Assembly: GCA_020348925.1 (NCBI GenBank)
Contig: CP070758.1
Location: 2,371,688-2,435,687, forward strand
Direction: 5' to 3'
DNA: 64,000 bases
From: Gemmatimonadota bacterium
GTDB taxonomy: Bacteria > JBHIER01 > G020348925
Shown here: piece after piece, positions 8,603 to 19,265 of the stretch
How the letters are laid out: each line of letters starts with the position of its first letter
How positions within the stretch are numbered: position 1 is the stretch's first letter
The notes under the pieces: generated by a model
Databases searched by the model: none
The model's input: the letters and a program-made list of their open reading frames with translations, nothing else
What the model was told of the DNA's origin: nothing
Made by a program: the position numbers and the translations under genes

Positions 8603-10435
8603 ATGAAAAAATGTGCGGGTTTGTTATCAATTGTTTTTTTCATTCTCTTGTGTCTGTCCATCTTTTCGTCCTGTGCCTCCAGAAGACATTGGACGAAAGA
8701 TCTCAATGGACGGATAACGGCCCAAGAAATTATGAGACACATAGAGTATCTTGCCTCGGACGATCTGGAGGGACGGAGATCAGGGACGAAGGGGGCAGAA
8801 AAGGCCGCCGAATATATTGCCCGCGAGTTTGAATGGTATGGGCTGAAGCCTGTCGGTGATGACGGGACGTACTTTCAAAATTTCGATTTTGTCTTCGATG
8901 TGAGGCTCGGGCCCGGAAATAGCCTGTCCGTCTCAATTGGCGGGAAGGAGGAGACGTATTCCGTCGAGGAAGATTTTTTACCGCTCGCCTTCTCTTCCAA
9001 CGAGCGTGTTACGGGTGAGGTTGTCTTTGCCGGCTACGGAATTTCGGCTGAAGACCTGGATTACGACGATTACGAGAATATCGACGTCACGGGAAAAATT
9101 GTTATGGCTTTCCGGTACGGACCTGAAGGGGATGATCCGAAAAGTGAATACGATAAGTATGCCCCGACACGATACAAAGCGATGACGGCCCGTGAAAAGG
9201 GGGCGGCAGGCCTGCTGTTGATCACTGGGCCTGAAAGCTATGAACAGGACGAGATCATTTCGCTGAAATATGACAGCAGCGTTTCAAGCTCAGGCATCGT
9301 AGCCATGAGCATCAGCAGGGATATTGCCGCCCAAGTATTCAACCTTGCCGGTAGGGATTTACGTCACGTGCAGTCGAGTATTGATAGTACGAAAGTCCCC
9401 CAATCCTTTCACATCCCTGAGGTTACGGTTACTCTGAGGGCCGATGTGGTTCATGAGCGGAGGGTGACGAGCAATGTGGTGGGGTTTTTAGAGGGTGGGG
9501 ATCCTGAATTGAAAGATGAATTGATCGTCATCGGTGCCCATTACGACCATCTCGGTCTCGGGGAACACGGCTCCCGGGCTCCGGATCAGATCGGCGAGAT
9601 CCACAACGGAGCAGATGACAATGCCTCGGGCGTGGCCGGTGTGCTGGAGCTGGCCGAAGCCTTCTCCGCAGATCGATCTGTGCTCAGGCGCAGTCTCCTC
9701 TTCATCGCTTTCGGTGGTGAGGAGATCGGCATTATTGGTTCCAATTATTACGTGAACAACCCCATTTTCGAGCTGGAGAAGACAGTTACGATGATCAATC
9801 TCGACATGATCGGCCGGCTGACCGACAACAAACTCATCGTCCAGGGTGTCGGAACGGCCGCAGAGTGGGATAGTCTCATCACGTTTTCCAATGAAACATC
9901 AGGGTTTGATCTCGCTTTGAAGAAGTCCGGATATGCCCCGGGCGACAACACCCCATTCTACGCCAAAAAGATCCCGGTCCTCTTCTTTTTCACCGACGCT
10001 CACGAGGATTATCACACCCCTTGGGACGATGTCGAGAAGATCAATGTGGAGGGTGAGGAGAAGATCGTAGAGTATGTCCGATCCATAGCAACGTATGTTG
10101 ACACTTCAGAGACCAGACCGCTCTTGACCCAGATTGAGGAGGAGGAGAAACCCACTGGACATCCCCGGTTTCGCGTCTCCGTGGGGACGATCCCCGATTT
10201 TGCAGCGGAGGTAGAGGGGGTAAAGCTGACCGGAGTGAGGGAAGGTGGGCCGGCCGAGAGGGCCGGCATCAAAGGAGGGGACATTATCGTTCGCCTGGGC
10301 GAGAAAGAGATCAAGAACCTGTACGATTATACGTATGCCCTGGGCGAGTATAAGCCCGGAGATGTCGTCGACGTTGTCGTCATCCGGGACGGCCAAAGGC
10401 TGACCTTCGAGGTGACCCTGGAGAAACGTAAGTAA
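8603..10435 (+). CDS. M28 family peptidase with PA and PDZ domains (lipoprotein)
   Basis: FSSC lipobox, LASDDLEGR, VFAGYG (PA domain), GAHYDHLG, GADDNASG, GEE, NLDMIGR and YHTP. C-terminal PDZ GPAERAGIKGGDII. Confidence 0.92.
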   Translation: MKKCAGLLSIVFFILLCLSIFSSCASRRHWTKDLNGRITAQEIMRHIEYLASDDLEGRRSGTKGAEKAAEYIAREFEWYGLKPVGDDGTYFQNFDFVFDVRLGPGNSLSVSIGGKEETYSVEEDFLPLAFSSNERVTGEVVFAGYGISAEDLDYDDYENIDVTGKIVMAFRYGPEGDDPKSEYDKYAPTRYKAMTAREKGAAGLLLITGPESYEQDEIISLKYDSSVSSSGIVAMSISRDIAAQVFNLAGRDLRHVQSSIDSTKVPQSFHIPEVTVTLRADVVHERRVTSNVVGFLEGGDPELKDELIVIGAHYDHLGLGEHGSRAPDQIGEIHNGADDNASGVAGVLELAEAFSADRSVLRRSLLFIAFGGEEIGIIGSNYYVNNPIFELEKTVTMINLDMIGRLTDNKLIVQGVGTAAEWDSLITFSNETSGFDLALKKSGYAPGDNTPFYAKKIPVLFFFTDAHEDYHTPWDDVEKINVEGEEKIVEYVRSIATYVDTSETRPLLTQIEEEEKPTGHPRFRVSVGTIPDFAAEVEGVKLTGVREGGPAERAGIKGGDIIVRLGEKEIKNLYDYTYALGEYKPGDVVDVVVIRDGQRLTFEVTLEKRK

Positions 10436-10445
10436 AGGAAGAGGT

Positions 10446-12524
10446 ATGAAAAAATCTTCGATACCGTACTGTTGCGTGTGGTTGTTGATCATGGCTCTTT
10501 CACCCGTTTTGGCCTCAGAGGCAACTTCCTCTCGGACTGATCCATGGTTCCGCACAGCCAGCTCCGACAGCATCCCCCTCCTCCTGGAGAATGAGGTTGG
10601 AAATCCCTACCATATCGTCTTGGTTTTCGGGGTTCATCCTGCGGGAACTGACGGTTTCGATGGCAATCTTGATCGATTGCCGCCGCCACCACCACCCATG
10701 GGCTGGGATTTCGAAGCCTATTTTCCCCTCAACCATTCGGTTTTTAAGCAACTCAGAACGGACATACGCAGCGATCAAAATATCAGGACCGTGTGGACAA
10801 TTGTCACCAAAGGAGCTGAAGGGGCGATGACCTGGTATCCCGGCTCCTTTCCTCAGAACGGCACCCTTTTTCTTGATGATGTCGTAAACATGAGAGAAGT
10901 CACCTCGACTCGATTTGCATACAGGGATACCATGACGATTGCGTATTCGAGGGGACGACCTGATATCGAGATCGAATGGGGAAGTTACGACTTCGGAGAC
11001 GTGCTTCTCAGAGGTGGCGAACACGAGATGTTCTCCATTCGCAACACCGGAGAGGGCGATCTCATCGTCCACTCCGTTACGACGGACCAGGCCGATTTCG
11101 CAGTCGTCTCCCCCACGTCAGCTCGGGGTGTTGTGCCCGCCGGCAGTCTGGAGGTGGATCTTCTGTTCGCCCCATCTGTTCTGGGGCTTGTTACCGCCAA
11201 TGTCACCATTCTCAGCAGTGATGAAGATGAGCCGGCTCTCTTTGTTGCCCTTCGGGGCACCGGGGTTACACCGGAGATTGCCGTTTCGTCGACGAGCCAC
11301 GATTTCGGTCAGGTCGCAATGGGTGCATCGGCCGAGTGGGAGTTTAACGTTTTCAATGAGGGAACAGGGATCCTTTCGGTTCACAATATTGGTTCAAGCG
11401 AGCATGATTTTACGGTTGAGCGGACCTCCTTCTCAGTAAGCCCCGGCGATTCGGAGCGGGTGCAGGTCCGGTTTTCCCCGGGAGCCCATGGTGTTCTTTC
11501 TGGCCAGTTGGCCATTGCCAGCAGTGATCTTGATGAGCCCACCGTGACCGTCCAGGTCGCCGGAATCGGAATCGGCCCAGAAATTGAACCGTCGATCACA
11601 TATTATGAGTTCGGCAGCGTTGCTCTGGGCGATTCGAGCCTGTGGACATTGATCCTCATGAATAACGGAGCTGCTGTCCTCCTCGTCGATACGATCTCCT
11701 GTGGCCGACCAGAATTTGTCGCTGCTCCCAGAACCTTTGAGGTGTCCCCGTCTCAGGCGCAGCACGTCTCGGTCTCTTTTATTCCAGCCGTGCTCGGAAC
11801 CATTGCAGGTGATTTGATCATCGTGAGTAACGATTGGGATGAGCCCGTGCTTACGATTTCACTCTCAGGAACCGGCGTGGCGCAAACCTTTCCGGATATT
11901 TATGTGGCGACGACGGTCCACGATTTCGGGCAGGTGACGACAGGACAATCGGCCCTCTGGAACGTTGATGTGACCAACCTTGGCAGTGCTGAACTGACGA
12001 TCAGTGATATCCACGCAGACCATGCCTTCTTCACGGCGGATCCCACCTCGTTCAGTCTCAATCCTTCAAGGACGCAGGAGGTGCAGATTACGTTCGCCCC
12101 GACATCGACCGGCCCTCTCTTTTCTCAAGTATTTATTTCCAGTAATGATCCTGACGAGCCCACGGTTACCCTTTACCTCACCGGGGCAGGAACATCGGAA
12201 ACAGGGATAGAGGAGATGCTCTTCGACCATACACCGGAAGATTTTTTTCTCCACCAGAACAGACCCAATCCGTTCAACCCATATACAGAAATCGGATTTC
12301 TGATACCAAATGTTAAATCACCCATCCGTGCAACCCTCACCATCTATAATCTCATGGGTCAGCAGATGCGAAAGCTTGTCGATGAACCCAAGGGTGTTGG
12401 TTTCTATGCCGTAACCTGGGACGGTCGGGATGATCTCGGTCGCCCTGTGGGGAGCGGTATTTATTATTATAGTCTCCATGCTGGTCATTATGTTAAGACG
12501 CGGAAAATGATCCTTTTGAAATAA
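10446..12524 (+). CDS. Secreted protein with four tandem Ig-like (ASH/choice-of-anchor D) repeats and a FlgD-Ig-like C-terminal domain
   Basis: Signal peptide. Four repeats of [DE]FG…N.G…L…F.P…S[SN]D.DEP…G.G. C-terminal QNRPNPFNP…IYNLMGQ…WDGRDD…SGIYYY…KMILLK. Confidence 0.8.
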   Translation: MKKSSIPYCCVWLLIMALSPVLASEATSSRTDPWFRTASSDSIPLLLENEVGNPYHIVLVFGVHPAGTDGFDGNLDRLPPPPPPMGWDFEAYFPLNHSVFKQLRTDIRSDQNIRTVWTIVTKGAEGAMTWYPGSFPQNGTLFLDDVVNMREVTSTRFAYRDTMTIAYSRGRPDIEIEWGSYDFGDVLLRGGEHEMFSIRNTGEGDLIVHSVTTDQADFAVVSPTSARGVVPAGSLEVDLLFAPSVLGLVTANVTILSSDEDEPALFVALRGTGVTPEIAVSSTSHDFGQVAMGASAEWEFNVFNEGTGILSVHNIGSSEHDFTVERTSFSVSPGDSERVQVRFSPGAHGVLSGQLAIASSDLDEPTVTVQVAGIGIGPEIEPSITYYEFGSVALGDSSLWTLILMNNGAAVLLVDTISCGRPEFVAAPRTFEVSPSQAQHVSVSFIPAVLGTIAGDLIIVSNDWDEPVLTISLSGTGVAQTFPDIYVATTVHDFGQVTTGQSALWNVDVTNLGSAELTISDIHADHAFFTADPTSFSLNPSRTQEVQITFAPTSTGPLFSQVFISSNDPDEPTVTLYLTGAGTSETGIEEMLFDHTPEDFFLHQNRPNPFNPYTEIGFLIPNVKSPIRATLTIYNLMGQQMRKLVDEPKGVGFYAVTWDGRDDLGRPVGSGIYYYSLHAGHYVKTRKMILLK

Positions 12525-12540
12525 TTTACAGATGAGAATC

Positions 12541-12619
12541 TGACTTCCGACATCGTAAAAAGTTCGGAAGTCTCTATTATGAGAGTAATCTCCTTAAAGT
12601 TCGAAACCTTCGGGAGGTT
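12541..12619. repeat. Two copies (12541-12573, 12587-12619) of a 33-nt imperfect palindromic intergenic repeat
   Basis: TGACTTCCGA…TCGGAAGTCT and AATCTCC…GGGAGGTT. Related copies at 32983, 45857 and 60358. Confidence 0.6.
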
Positions 12620-12756
12620 CTGAGGGAACCGTTCATGGCTCCACGCAAAAATGATACTCCGTCACATTGAAACCTTCAGCATGTTTGCGAACAGAAAGGA
12701 GGGATCAATGCGGAACGAAATAGAGGCCTCTGTGAAAGCACGAAAGGAATACTCAC

Positions 12757-14016
12757 ATGACATTCGATCCGTATGAAATCCGATCTCATTTTCCGGCTTT
12801 GCAGAGCGGGGCGATCTTCTTCGACGGACCAGGCGGGACGCAGGTGCCTCAGGAGGTGATCGAGGCGTGCGGTGATTACTTGCGAACGGCCAATGCGAAC
12901 TTGGGCGGGACGTTCGAGACATCGAGGCGGACGATCGAAGTTATGGCCGACGCCCGCAGGGCCATGGCCGATTTTTTGAATGCCCGATCCCCGGAGGAGA
13001 TCGTCTTCGGACCGAACATGACAACGCTGACGTTCAACCTCTCCCGCGCTGTGGGCCGTACACTCCATGCAGGCGATGAAATCATCGTGACCGCTCTTGA
13101 TCATGATGCCAACATCGCCCCATGGGTGGCCCTCGAGGAGCGCGGCATCGTCATACAGTGGGTGGACATCAATCCTGAGGATTGTACATTGCATATGGCC
13201 GATATGAAAAGGCATCTCAGTATGAGAACGGAAATTGTGGCCGTCGCGTATGCTTCGAATGCTGTTGGAACGATCAATGATTTGAAGAGAATCATTGACC
13301 TTGCACACGAGAGGAATGCGCTGGTGTTTGTCGATGCAGTGCACTACGCCCCGCACGGTCCCATCGATGTGCAGGAGCTGGACTGCGATTTTCTGACGTG
13401 TTCGGCGTATAAATTCTTCGGACCGCATGTTGGGGTGCTCTATGGAAAGTACGATCTGTTGGAAAAACTTCCTGCTTACAAAGTGAGACCTGCGAGGGAT
13501 AGAACGCCTGACAAATTAGAAACCGGCACGCAGAATCATGAGGGTATTGCCGGCGTGGTTGCTGCCATTGATTACCTGACTTCAATCGGGGAGAAATACG
13601 GGATTGATGCTGTCAAGCAGTATCAATCCTTCACCGGTCGTCGATTCCATCTGAAAACGGCCATGGCAGCGATACAACAATACGAATCTAAGCTTTTCAC
13701 ACGGTTGATGGAAGGTCTGCAGGGGACTCGTGGAATAGAGATTTACGGTATCACCAACCCGAAACATTTTAACCAGCGCACACCGACCGTGGCCTTCACC
13801 ATGGAAAAACTCTCACCCCGTGAGATCTCCGGACAACTGGCGCAAGAGAACATCTATGTCTGGGACGGGAATTACTACGCCCTCGAGATCATGGAACGAC
13901 TGGGTCTGGAAAAGCACGGCGGCGCCGTGCGGGTGGGTTTGTGTCATTACAACACGGCTGAAGAGGTGGACAGGTTTCTGGAGGTGTTGGGGCGGATCCA
14001 GAGTGAGGAGTCATAA
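12757..14016 (+). CDS. Cysteine desulfurase-like class V PLP aminotransferase (VC1184 subfamily)
   Basis: Motifs FFDGPGGTQVP, LDHDANIAPW, VDAVHYAPH, CSAYKFFGPH, ETGT and VRVGLCHYNT. Confidence 0.88.
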   Translation: MTFDPYEIRSHFPALQSGAIFFDGPGGTQVPQEVIEACGDYLRTANANLGGTFETSRRTIEVMADARRAMADFLNARSPEEIVFGPNMTTLTFNLSRAVGRTLHAGDEIIVTALDHDANIAPWVALEERGIVIQWVDINPEDCTLHMADMKRHLSMRTEIVAVAYASNAVGTINDLKRIIDLAHERNALVFVDAVHYAPHGPIDVQELDCDFLTCSAYKFFGPHVGVLYGKYDLLEKLPAYKVRPARDRTPDKLETGTQNHEGIAGVVAAIDYLTSIGEKYGIDAVKQYQSFTGRRFHLKTAMAAIQQYESKLFTRLMEGLQGTRGIEIYGITNPKHFNQRTPTVAFTMEKLSPREISGQLAQENIYVWDGNYYALEIMERLGLEKHGGAVRVGLCHYNTAEEVDRFLEVLGRIQSEES

Positions 14017-14097
14017 GAAAGTATATAACATGTCGTTTGTTTTTTTTGAAATATTCCGGCCCCCACACGGACTTTTTATTGAAAGGATGATGGAATT

Positions 14098-16530
14098 GTG
14101 ACAAGGAAATATTGTATTTATGTGGCACTTTGCGGGGTTTTGCTGATTGTGGGTGCTGTCAGCGCCCAGGATGTGTCCTTCGTCGCCATTGCCGACAACA
14201 GAAGTTACGGGACGGAATTCAGATTGCTTCTCCATGAGCTGGACGAAATGAGGGTCAATCCTGAACCGATGATTCCCTACCCGCGGTTTTTAGTGGCGTG
14301 CGGGGATTTCGATCCGGTGGCCCCGAATATGGCCGTGTACTCTGATACTTTGACGTACCCCAATCTCCCTCCGTTCTACCCGGTCGTGGGGAACCATGAA
14401 TTCGAGACACCTTCGGACATGAGCTACATTCTCGATTCGATGATTCCCAATCTGGAGAACATAGCGCAGCACGGCGCGCAGGGGACATATTCCTTTGATT
14501 ATGGAAATGTGCATTGTGTTGTTCTGGATCAGTACGCGTCGACCGCTGATGGTGAAGTGGACGAGTACACAAGGGCTTGGCTGCAGACGGATCTCAACGC
14601 GACGGAAGCCGACCATGTCTTCGTCTTCGGCCACGAGCCGGCCTTTCCCAGATATCGCCACATCGGCGATTCCCTCGATCAATTCAGGGTTTCCCGTGAT
14701 GCTTTCTGGAACATGTTGGTCATGGATCCGCGAGTGCGGGCCTATTTTTGCGGGCACACCCATTACTACTCCAGGATGCGGGTGTATGATCCGGCCACAG
14801 TGGGCCAAACGGGTTTTCCCGATCAGGATGGCGGTCTCTATCAGGTCGACTGCGGAGCGGCCGGGCACTCTCTCAGCGATGGCAGACTGACCCTCGTTTA
14901 CGTGCATATTGATGGCGATACCGTGCGTTTTCGAGTCGTCACCTCTCCGCGCGAAGAGGTGGAGTGGGAGGTGACCGACGAGTGGACGCTTCCGAATGTG
15001 GGAAGAATTGGGATGGAACTTCTCGAACCCACGAGCGGGGAAGAGGTCTCAGCCGTTGTGAACATCTCCTGGTCGATTTCCGGCGAACCGGATCAGTCTC
15101 AGACGACGACACTTTACGTGAGCATGAATGAAGGTGCACAATGGGACACACTGGGGATAGTTACCCCAGGTGAGACACAGTATTCCTGGGATACGGCGGA
15201 ATATCCCGATGGAACCAGGTATATGCTCCGGGTGGTTGTCAGAGGAGATTCAGGATTCGGCATGGTTCAATCGTTAGGAACCTTCACTGTCAACAATCCG
15301 GGCAACGGCATACCTGAGGTTACCCTGAATTCACCGGCCGAGGATGATATCCTCACCGGAGAGGTGAATGTCGTGTGGAATGCTGCTGATGCCGATGGCG
15401 ACCCGCTTCTGATTTTTCTTGAGGTGAGTTTTGATGACGGTGTGACGTGGTTACCGATAGCTTCCGGTGAGGCCAACGATGGCGAATATACCTGGGACAC
15501 ACAATTTTTACCCAATTCAACGCATTACAAGCTCAAGGTGAGTTGTACTGACGGTGTCGAATGGGTCGAGGAGATCTCGGGAAGGTTTGCCATTCAGAAC
15601 GAGCGGGAAGAGCTCTCAGAGGTACGGTTTCATCACCTGTCCGGTTTCGGGACCGGTAGTATTCTTGCGTATGTTATAGATCCTGACGCACTGACGGATC
15701 ACCTCTATCGAATCACCTTCGATGACACGACCGAAGAGACGACCACCTTTGATGTTTTCGATGTGAATGAAGGGCTATTTGTTGTGGAGGATGCCACCGC
15801 AATGGATGGTCAAACGGAGAGTCCGCTCTTTGACGGCCTTCGCCTTTTAATCCACAATTATCCCATGGCCATCGTCGATGTGGAGAATACTGGATGGACA
15901 ATCGGCGCCAGCGATCTGGAATTTACGATCTCACTGCCTGAGATCGATCTCGGAGCCGAGATACTTCGGGGCACGGCCTATCCGGCCGATTATGAGATGA
16001 CGATATATGATTATGTGGTTGATACATCAAGCTCTTTCCTCGGTGCACCTGAAGTACCAATGTATTTCACCGTCTGGAATGTAACGGAGGATAGTCAGGT
16101 TGATGTCATTTTTATCGAATTGGACGGTGATTACACCATCAGCCGCTTTGACGAGGTATATATTTTAGAGGAAGATGAGGCCGGTGAACCCCTTTTAACG
16201 TGGCTGATTTTCTTCTCCGGGAGTGAATCGGTTACCCTTCCACTTGCCGGAGACGTCTTTACGTTTCAAACACTGAAACCCTTTACGCACAATGATGTCT
16301 TTGAGTTCACCCCTATCTCTTCGGGCTTGAAGGGCGATGTGAACGATGATGGAAGCATCAATATCCTCGATGTGGTGGCGGTCGTCAGACATATTTTAAG
16401 CATAGAGCCTCTCGAGGAAAATACCCGGTGGCGGGCCGATTGCAACAGCGATAATTTGGTGAATATTCTCGATGTCATTGGACTCGTCAATGTCATTCTG
16501 GGTATTGGTGAATGTGATCCGGATTTGTGA
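14098..16530 (+). CDS. Secreted metallophosphoesterase with Ig-like domains and a C-terminal dockerin
   Basis: Signal peptide. Calcineurin-like motifs ADNR, GDFD, GNHE and GHTH. Duplicated Ca-binding dockerin loops GDVNDDGSINILDV and ADCNSDNLVNILDV. Confidence 0.82.
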   Translation: MTRKYCIYVALCGVLLIVGAVSAQDVSFVAIADNRSYGTEFRLLLHELDEMRVNPEPMIPYPRFLVACGDFDPVAPNMAVYSDTLTYPNLPPFYPVVGNHEFETPSDMSYILDSMIPNLENIAQHGAQGTYSFDYGNVHCVVLDQYASTADGEVDEYTRAWLQTDLNATEADHVFVFGHEPAFPRYRHIGDSLDQFRVSRDAFWNMLVMDPRVRAYFCGHTHYYSRMRVYDPATVGQTGFPDQDGGLYQVDCGAAGHSLSDGRLTLVYVHIDGDTVRFRVVTSPREEVEWEVTDEWTLPNVGRIGMELLEPTSGEEVSAVVNISWSISGEPDQSQTTTLYVSMNEGAQWDTLGIVTPGETQYSWDTAEYPDGTRYMLRVVVRGDSGFGMVQSLGTFTVNNPGNGIPEVTLNSPAEDDILTGEVNVVWNAADADGDPLLIFLEVSFDDGVTWLPIASGEANDGEYTWDTQFLPNSTHYKLKVSCTDGVEWVEEISGRFAIQNEREELSEVRFHHLSGFGTGSILAYVIDPDALTDHLYRITFDDTTEETTTFDVFDVNEGLFVVEDATAMDGQTESPLFDGLRLLIHNYPMAIVDVENTGWTIGASDLEFTISLPEIDLGAEILRGTAYPADYEMTIYDYVVDTSSSFLGAPEVPMYFTVWNVTEDSQVDVIFIELDGDYTISRFDEVYILEEDEAGEPLLTWLIFFSGSESVTLPLAGDVFTFQTLKPFTHNDVFEFTPISSGLKGDVNDDGSINILDVVAVVRHILSIEPLEENTRWRADCNSDNLVNILDVIGLVNVILGIGECDPDL

Positions 16531-16631
16531 AAGAAATGGTAAGACTTGAAATGGGCTGGAGGGGTGGATGATACGTGAAACAATCAAGTGCAGACAATTT
16601 CAACTCTGTTTTTAACGAAGAGATTTCGAGG

Positions 16632-16687
16632 TTCTTCTCTTCATTAATGACAGGCGAGAAGAAGGCGATTGCTTCGCTCACAGTGAC
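16632..16687. repeat. Hairpin and half REP-like element between convergent genes
   Basis: TTCTTCTC/GAGAAGAA arms. GATTGCTTCGCTCACAGTGAC (16667-16687) resembles the right half of the 1157-1254 element. Confidence 0.45.
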
Positions 16688-16742
16688 AGGGAGGGAGATC
16701 TCGCCCTCATGACTGACTTGGTTGCGGTGTCGTGCGCTCCGA

Positions 16743-19265
16743 CTAGAAATCGAGTCCCATGCCAAAGCGGAAGCGACGTCTCAGATCCAACGCTCCCGGA
16801 TCGTCAAGTCTGCCCCCGGGGCGACCGTATTCATCGAGCCAGAGAATGTTGGATCGATCGAAGACGTTGAGAACCTCTCCGAAGAGAAAGACTTTCCAGC
16901 CGTTAAAGGTAAAATCCTTATTGAGCCTGATATCCAGCTCAGTCGTGACGCTCATCCTCTTGTTATTGGGCGTCGTGTGAGGACCGACATTTTTGGTATA
17001 GGGCAGGGGGCTGTTCCACCGCCACAGGAGGTTCAGTCCCCAGTTCTTCGGTTTTCGAATATCGAGATCAAGGACCAGTGTGTGGCGCTGGTCCCAACTG
17101 AGATAGTATTCACCGATGGGCACTTCATAGCCCTGGCGGGTCCAATCGTAGCCCTCCCGCTCGCTGGAGCCGGTTCCCTTGGCCGTCATGTAGGTGTAGC
17201 TTACTTTGCCGGAAAGAAAACGGCCGTACCTCTTCTTGAGGAAGACTTCGAGCCCGTGGATGTCCACCCAGGCCATGTTGACGTACTGGACGTACCCGCT
17301 CTCGTCCTCTTTCTCCGATTCGGGGCGGTAGGTTTTCGTATCCACCAGATTGGAGACGTCCTTGCTGAAGAGGGTTATATCCATAACCATGTCCGTGGCC
17401 AGCTGGTGTTTGTAGCTGGCCTCGTACATGATGGTCTTGGCCGGTTTCAAGTCCGGATTGCCGGCCAGGGGTGAAAATCCCTCTTGCGGATTGTAGTTCA
17501 CGTTTGTGTACAGATAGTCGAAGAGGGGCGTCTGGAAAAAGTAGCCGTAGTTGACGTGCAGCTCCTGGCCTTCGGCAATGGGCAGGTTGACCCCGAAGCG
17601 GGGGCTGATCTGGTATTTCACTTCGGCCGGAATCATCTCATCGTTGTGGACGACCCATTCCCATTGGCCCTGCTGCCCGGGTATTTTTTCCAGAGCAGGT
17701 CGGGAGGCCTGGGGATCAAGATAATCGAACCGCAGCCCGACATTGGCGATCATGCCCTCGTACTCGATCTTGTCCTGCACATAGAGGGCGCCTTTCTTCG
17801 GATAATAGTGGTAGTCGGTGACGTACTGAATATATAGGGGAAAATCGGGGTCCGGAGTGGGTTGATAGGTCCACTGTTTGTTCCATTTATACAGGTCATA
17901 GTAGACAAATTCGGCGCCCGCCTTCATCTGATGATTGTTCGTCATCTGGCTGACCCAGTCGAACTTCAGAATGTGTTGGATCTCCTCGTGATCGAGCTGC
18001 CAGGGGTAGCTGCCGCTCACAATAAAACTGTCAGGGTCGCTATTTTCCCATTCAATTTGATCCCTCGTCTCCCCGGGATCGGTACCGTAAATCGACTTCA
18101 GTACATTGTATATACTGAATTTCACGGAGAAAAAGGTTCTCGGGTTGAAGGTGTGGGTCCAGTCGAGGCTCAGCCGATAGCTTTTCTTCGACCGGAAAGG
18201 CAACCCTTCGAGATTCTTCAACCATTTGTTGTCGTACTCCCACCAGTCCCAGATGGAGAGGAGTCCCTGAAATGTCAAACGGTCGCTGTCCCGGAGATAG
18301 GAGGTTATTTTATTGATGATGTTGTAGCTCCTGCTTTCAGTCGAATTGAAGACCCGCATGCGTGTCCCGAACTCCTCCCGTTTCCAGCGAGAGTGGGGAT
18401 CTCTCAGATTGGCCGAGAGGAACCACTTGACGCGATCGCCCCACATCCACAAGGGGCCGCCACAATTCAGCTCGTAATTGAGATCATGATTGGAGTCGTC
18501 CAGGTCAAAAGGATTGTCATCGTTGCCGTAGTTCAATGTGTATATTTCGAGCCGCCCTTCAGGGGCTGAGCTTCCATCTTTGGTGATGATGTTGACCACC
18601 CCGGACATGGCATCGCCGTACTCGGCGTTGAAACCACCCGTTTGAACCGTCATGTCGATGACTGAGCTGTAGGGGAGTTCTGATCCGACCTCACCTTCAA
18701 TGGCCTCCTGGACCGGAAGGCCGTCGACGAGGTAGAGCACTTCCGTTTTTCGTCCTCCCCGAATGTGACCGGCGGCAACTCCGGGTTGAATATCCACAAC
18801 CTGTTGAAAGGATTGGACAGGAAGTTGTTCCATCTCCTCTTGGGAGATGAAATGGGTCGTTGCCGTCACGTCTCTCTGGATCATAGGTGCTTCGGCGGTG
18901 ACCGTGACCTCCTCTCCGAGGTCTAAGACGGTCGGAGAAAGGATGAATTCGATGGTGGTCCGCAGATCGACTAAGACGGTGACGCCCTCCTTGGTGACGG
19001 AGGTATATCCCATCATCGAGGCCGTGATCGAATATCTTCCGGCCGGAATATTGTTGATGAGGAAAAATCCGTTTTGGTCGGCCATCGTTCCCATTTTGGA
19101 ACCCTTGATGACGATATTGGCCCCGGGCAGGGATTCGCCTGTTTTCTGATCCGTGACCGTGCCAGCCAGCGTTCCGGTGACGCCGGCCAGGGCAACGTCC
19201 CCCACAACGAATTGCCACAGAAAGAATAGAGTGATACAGAGAATACCGAGTGGATATTTTTTCAT
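16743..19265 (-). CDS. TonB-dependent receptor
   Basis: Signal peptide, carboxypeptidase-regulatory-like N-domain (GTVTD..TGESLPGANI), plug HIRGGR…GGFNAEYG..MSGVVNIITK, SPRFG, GNPDLKP and C-terminal Phe. Confidence 0.92.
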   Translation of the reverse strand: MKKYPLGILCITLFFLWQFVVGDVALAGVTGTLAGTVTDQKTGESLPGANIVIKGSKMGTMADQNGFFLINNIPAGRYSITASMMGYTSVTKEGVTVLVDLRTTIEFILSPTVLDLGEEVTVTAEAPMIQRDVTATTHFISQEEMEQLPVQSFQQVVDIQPGVAAGHIRGGRKTEVLYLVDGLPVQEAIEGEVGSELPYSSVIDMTVQTGGFNAEYGDAMSGVVNIITKDGSSAPEGRLEIYTLNYGNDDNPFDLDDSNHDLNYELNCGGPLWMWGDRVKWFLSANLRDPHSRWKREEFGTRMRVFNSTESRSYNIINKITSYLRDSDRLTFQGLLSIWDWWEYDNKWLKNLEGLPFRSKKSYRLSLDWTHTFNPRTFFSVKFSIYNVLKSIYGTDPGETRDQIEWENSDPDSFIVSGSYPWQLDHEEIQHILKFDWVSQMTNNHQMKAGAEFVYYDLYKWNKQWTYQPTPDPDFPLYIQYVTDYHYYPKKGALYVQDKIEYEGMIANVGLRFDYLDPQASRPALEKIPGQQGQWEWVVHNDEMIPAEVKYQISPRFGVNLPIAEGQELHVNYGYFFQTPLFDYLYTNVNYNPQEGFSPLAGNPDLKPAKTIMYEASYKHQLATDMVMDITLFSKDVSNLVDTKTYRPESEKEDESGYVQYVNMAWVDIHGLEVFLKKRYGRFLSGKVSYTYMTAKGTGSSEREGYDWTRQGYEVPIGEYYLSWDQRHTLVLDLDIRKPKNWGLNLLWRWNSPLPYTKNVGPHTTPNNKRMSVTTELDIRLNKDFTFNGWKVFLFGEVLNVFDRSNILWLDEYGRPGGRLDDPGALDLRRRFRFGMGLDF

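Noticed and set aside
12541-12619. CRISPR array
   Set aside because: Only two degenerate palindromes separated by 13 nt, with no regular repeat-spacer periodicity and no cas genes.
12757-14016. Canonical SufS/IscS cysteine desulfurase or selenocysteine lyase
   Set aside because: It lacks the RxGHHCA or SSGSAC catalytic-Cys loop (has VWDGNYYA instead) and fits the VC1184-like subfamily of unknown function.
16722-18569. Plus-strand ORFs of 250 and 235 aa
   Set aside because: They are antisense shadows of the TonB-dependent receptor.
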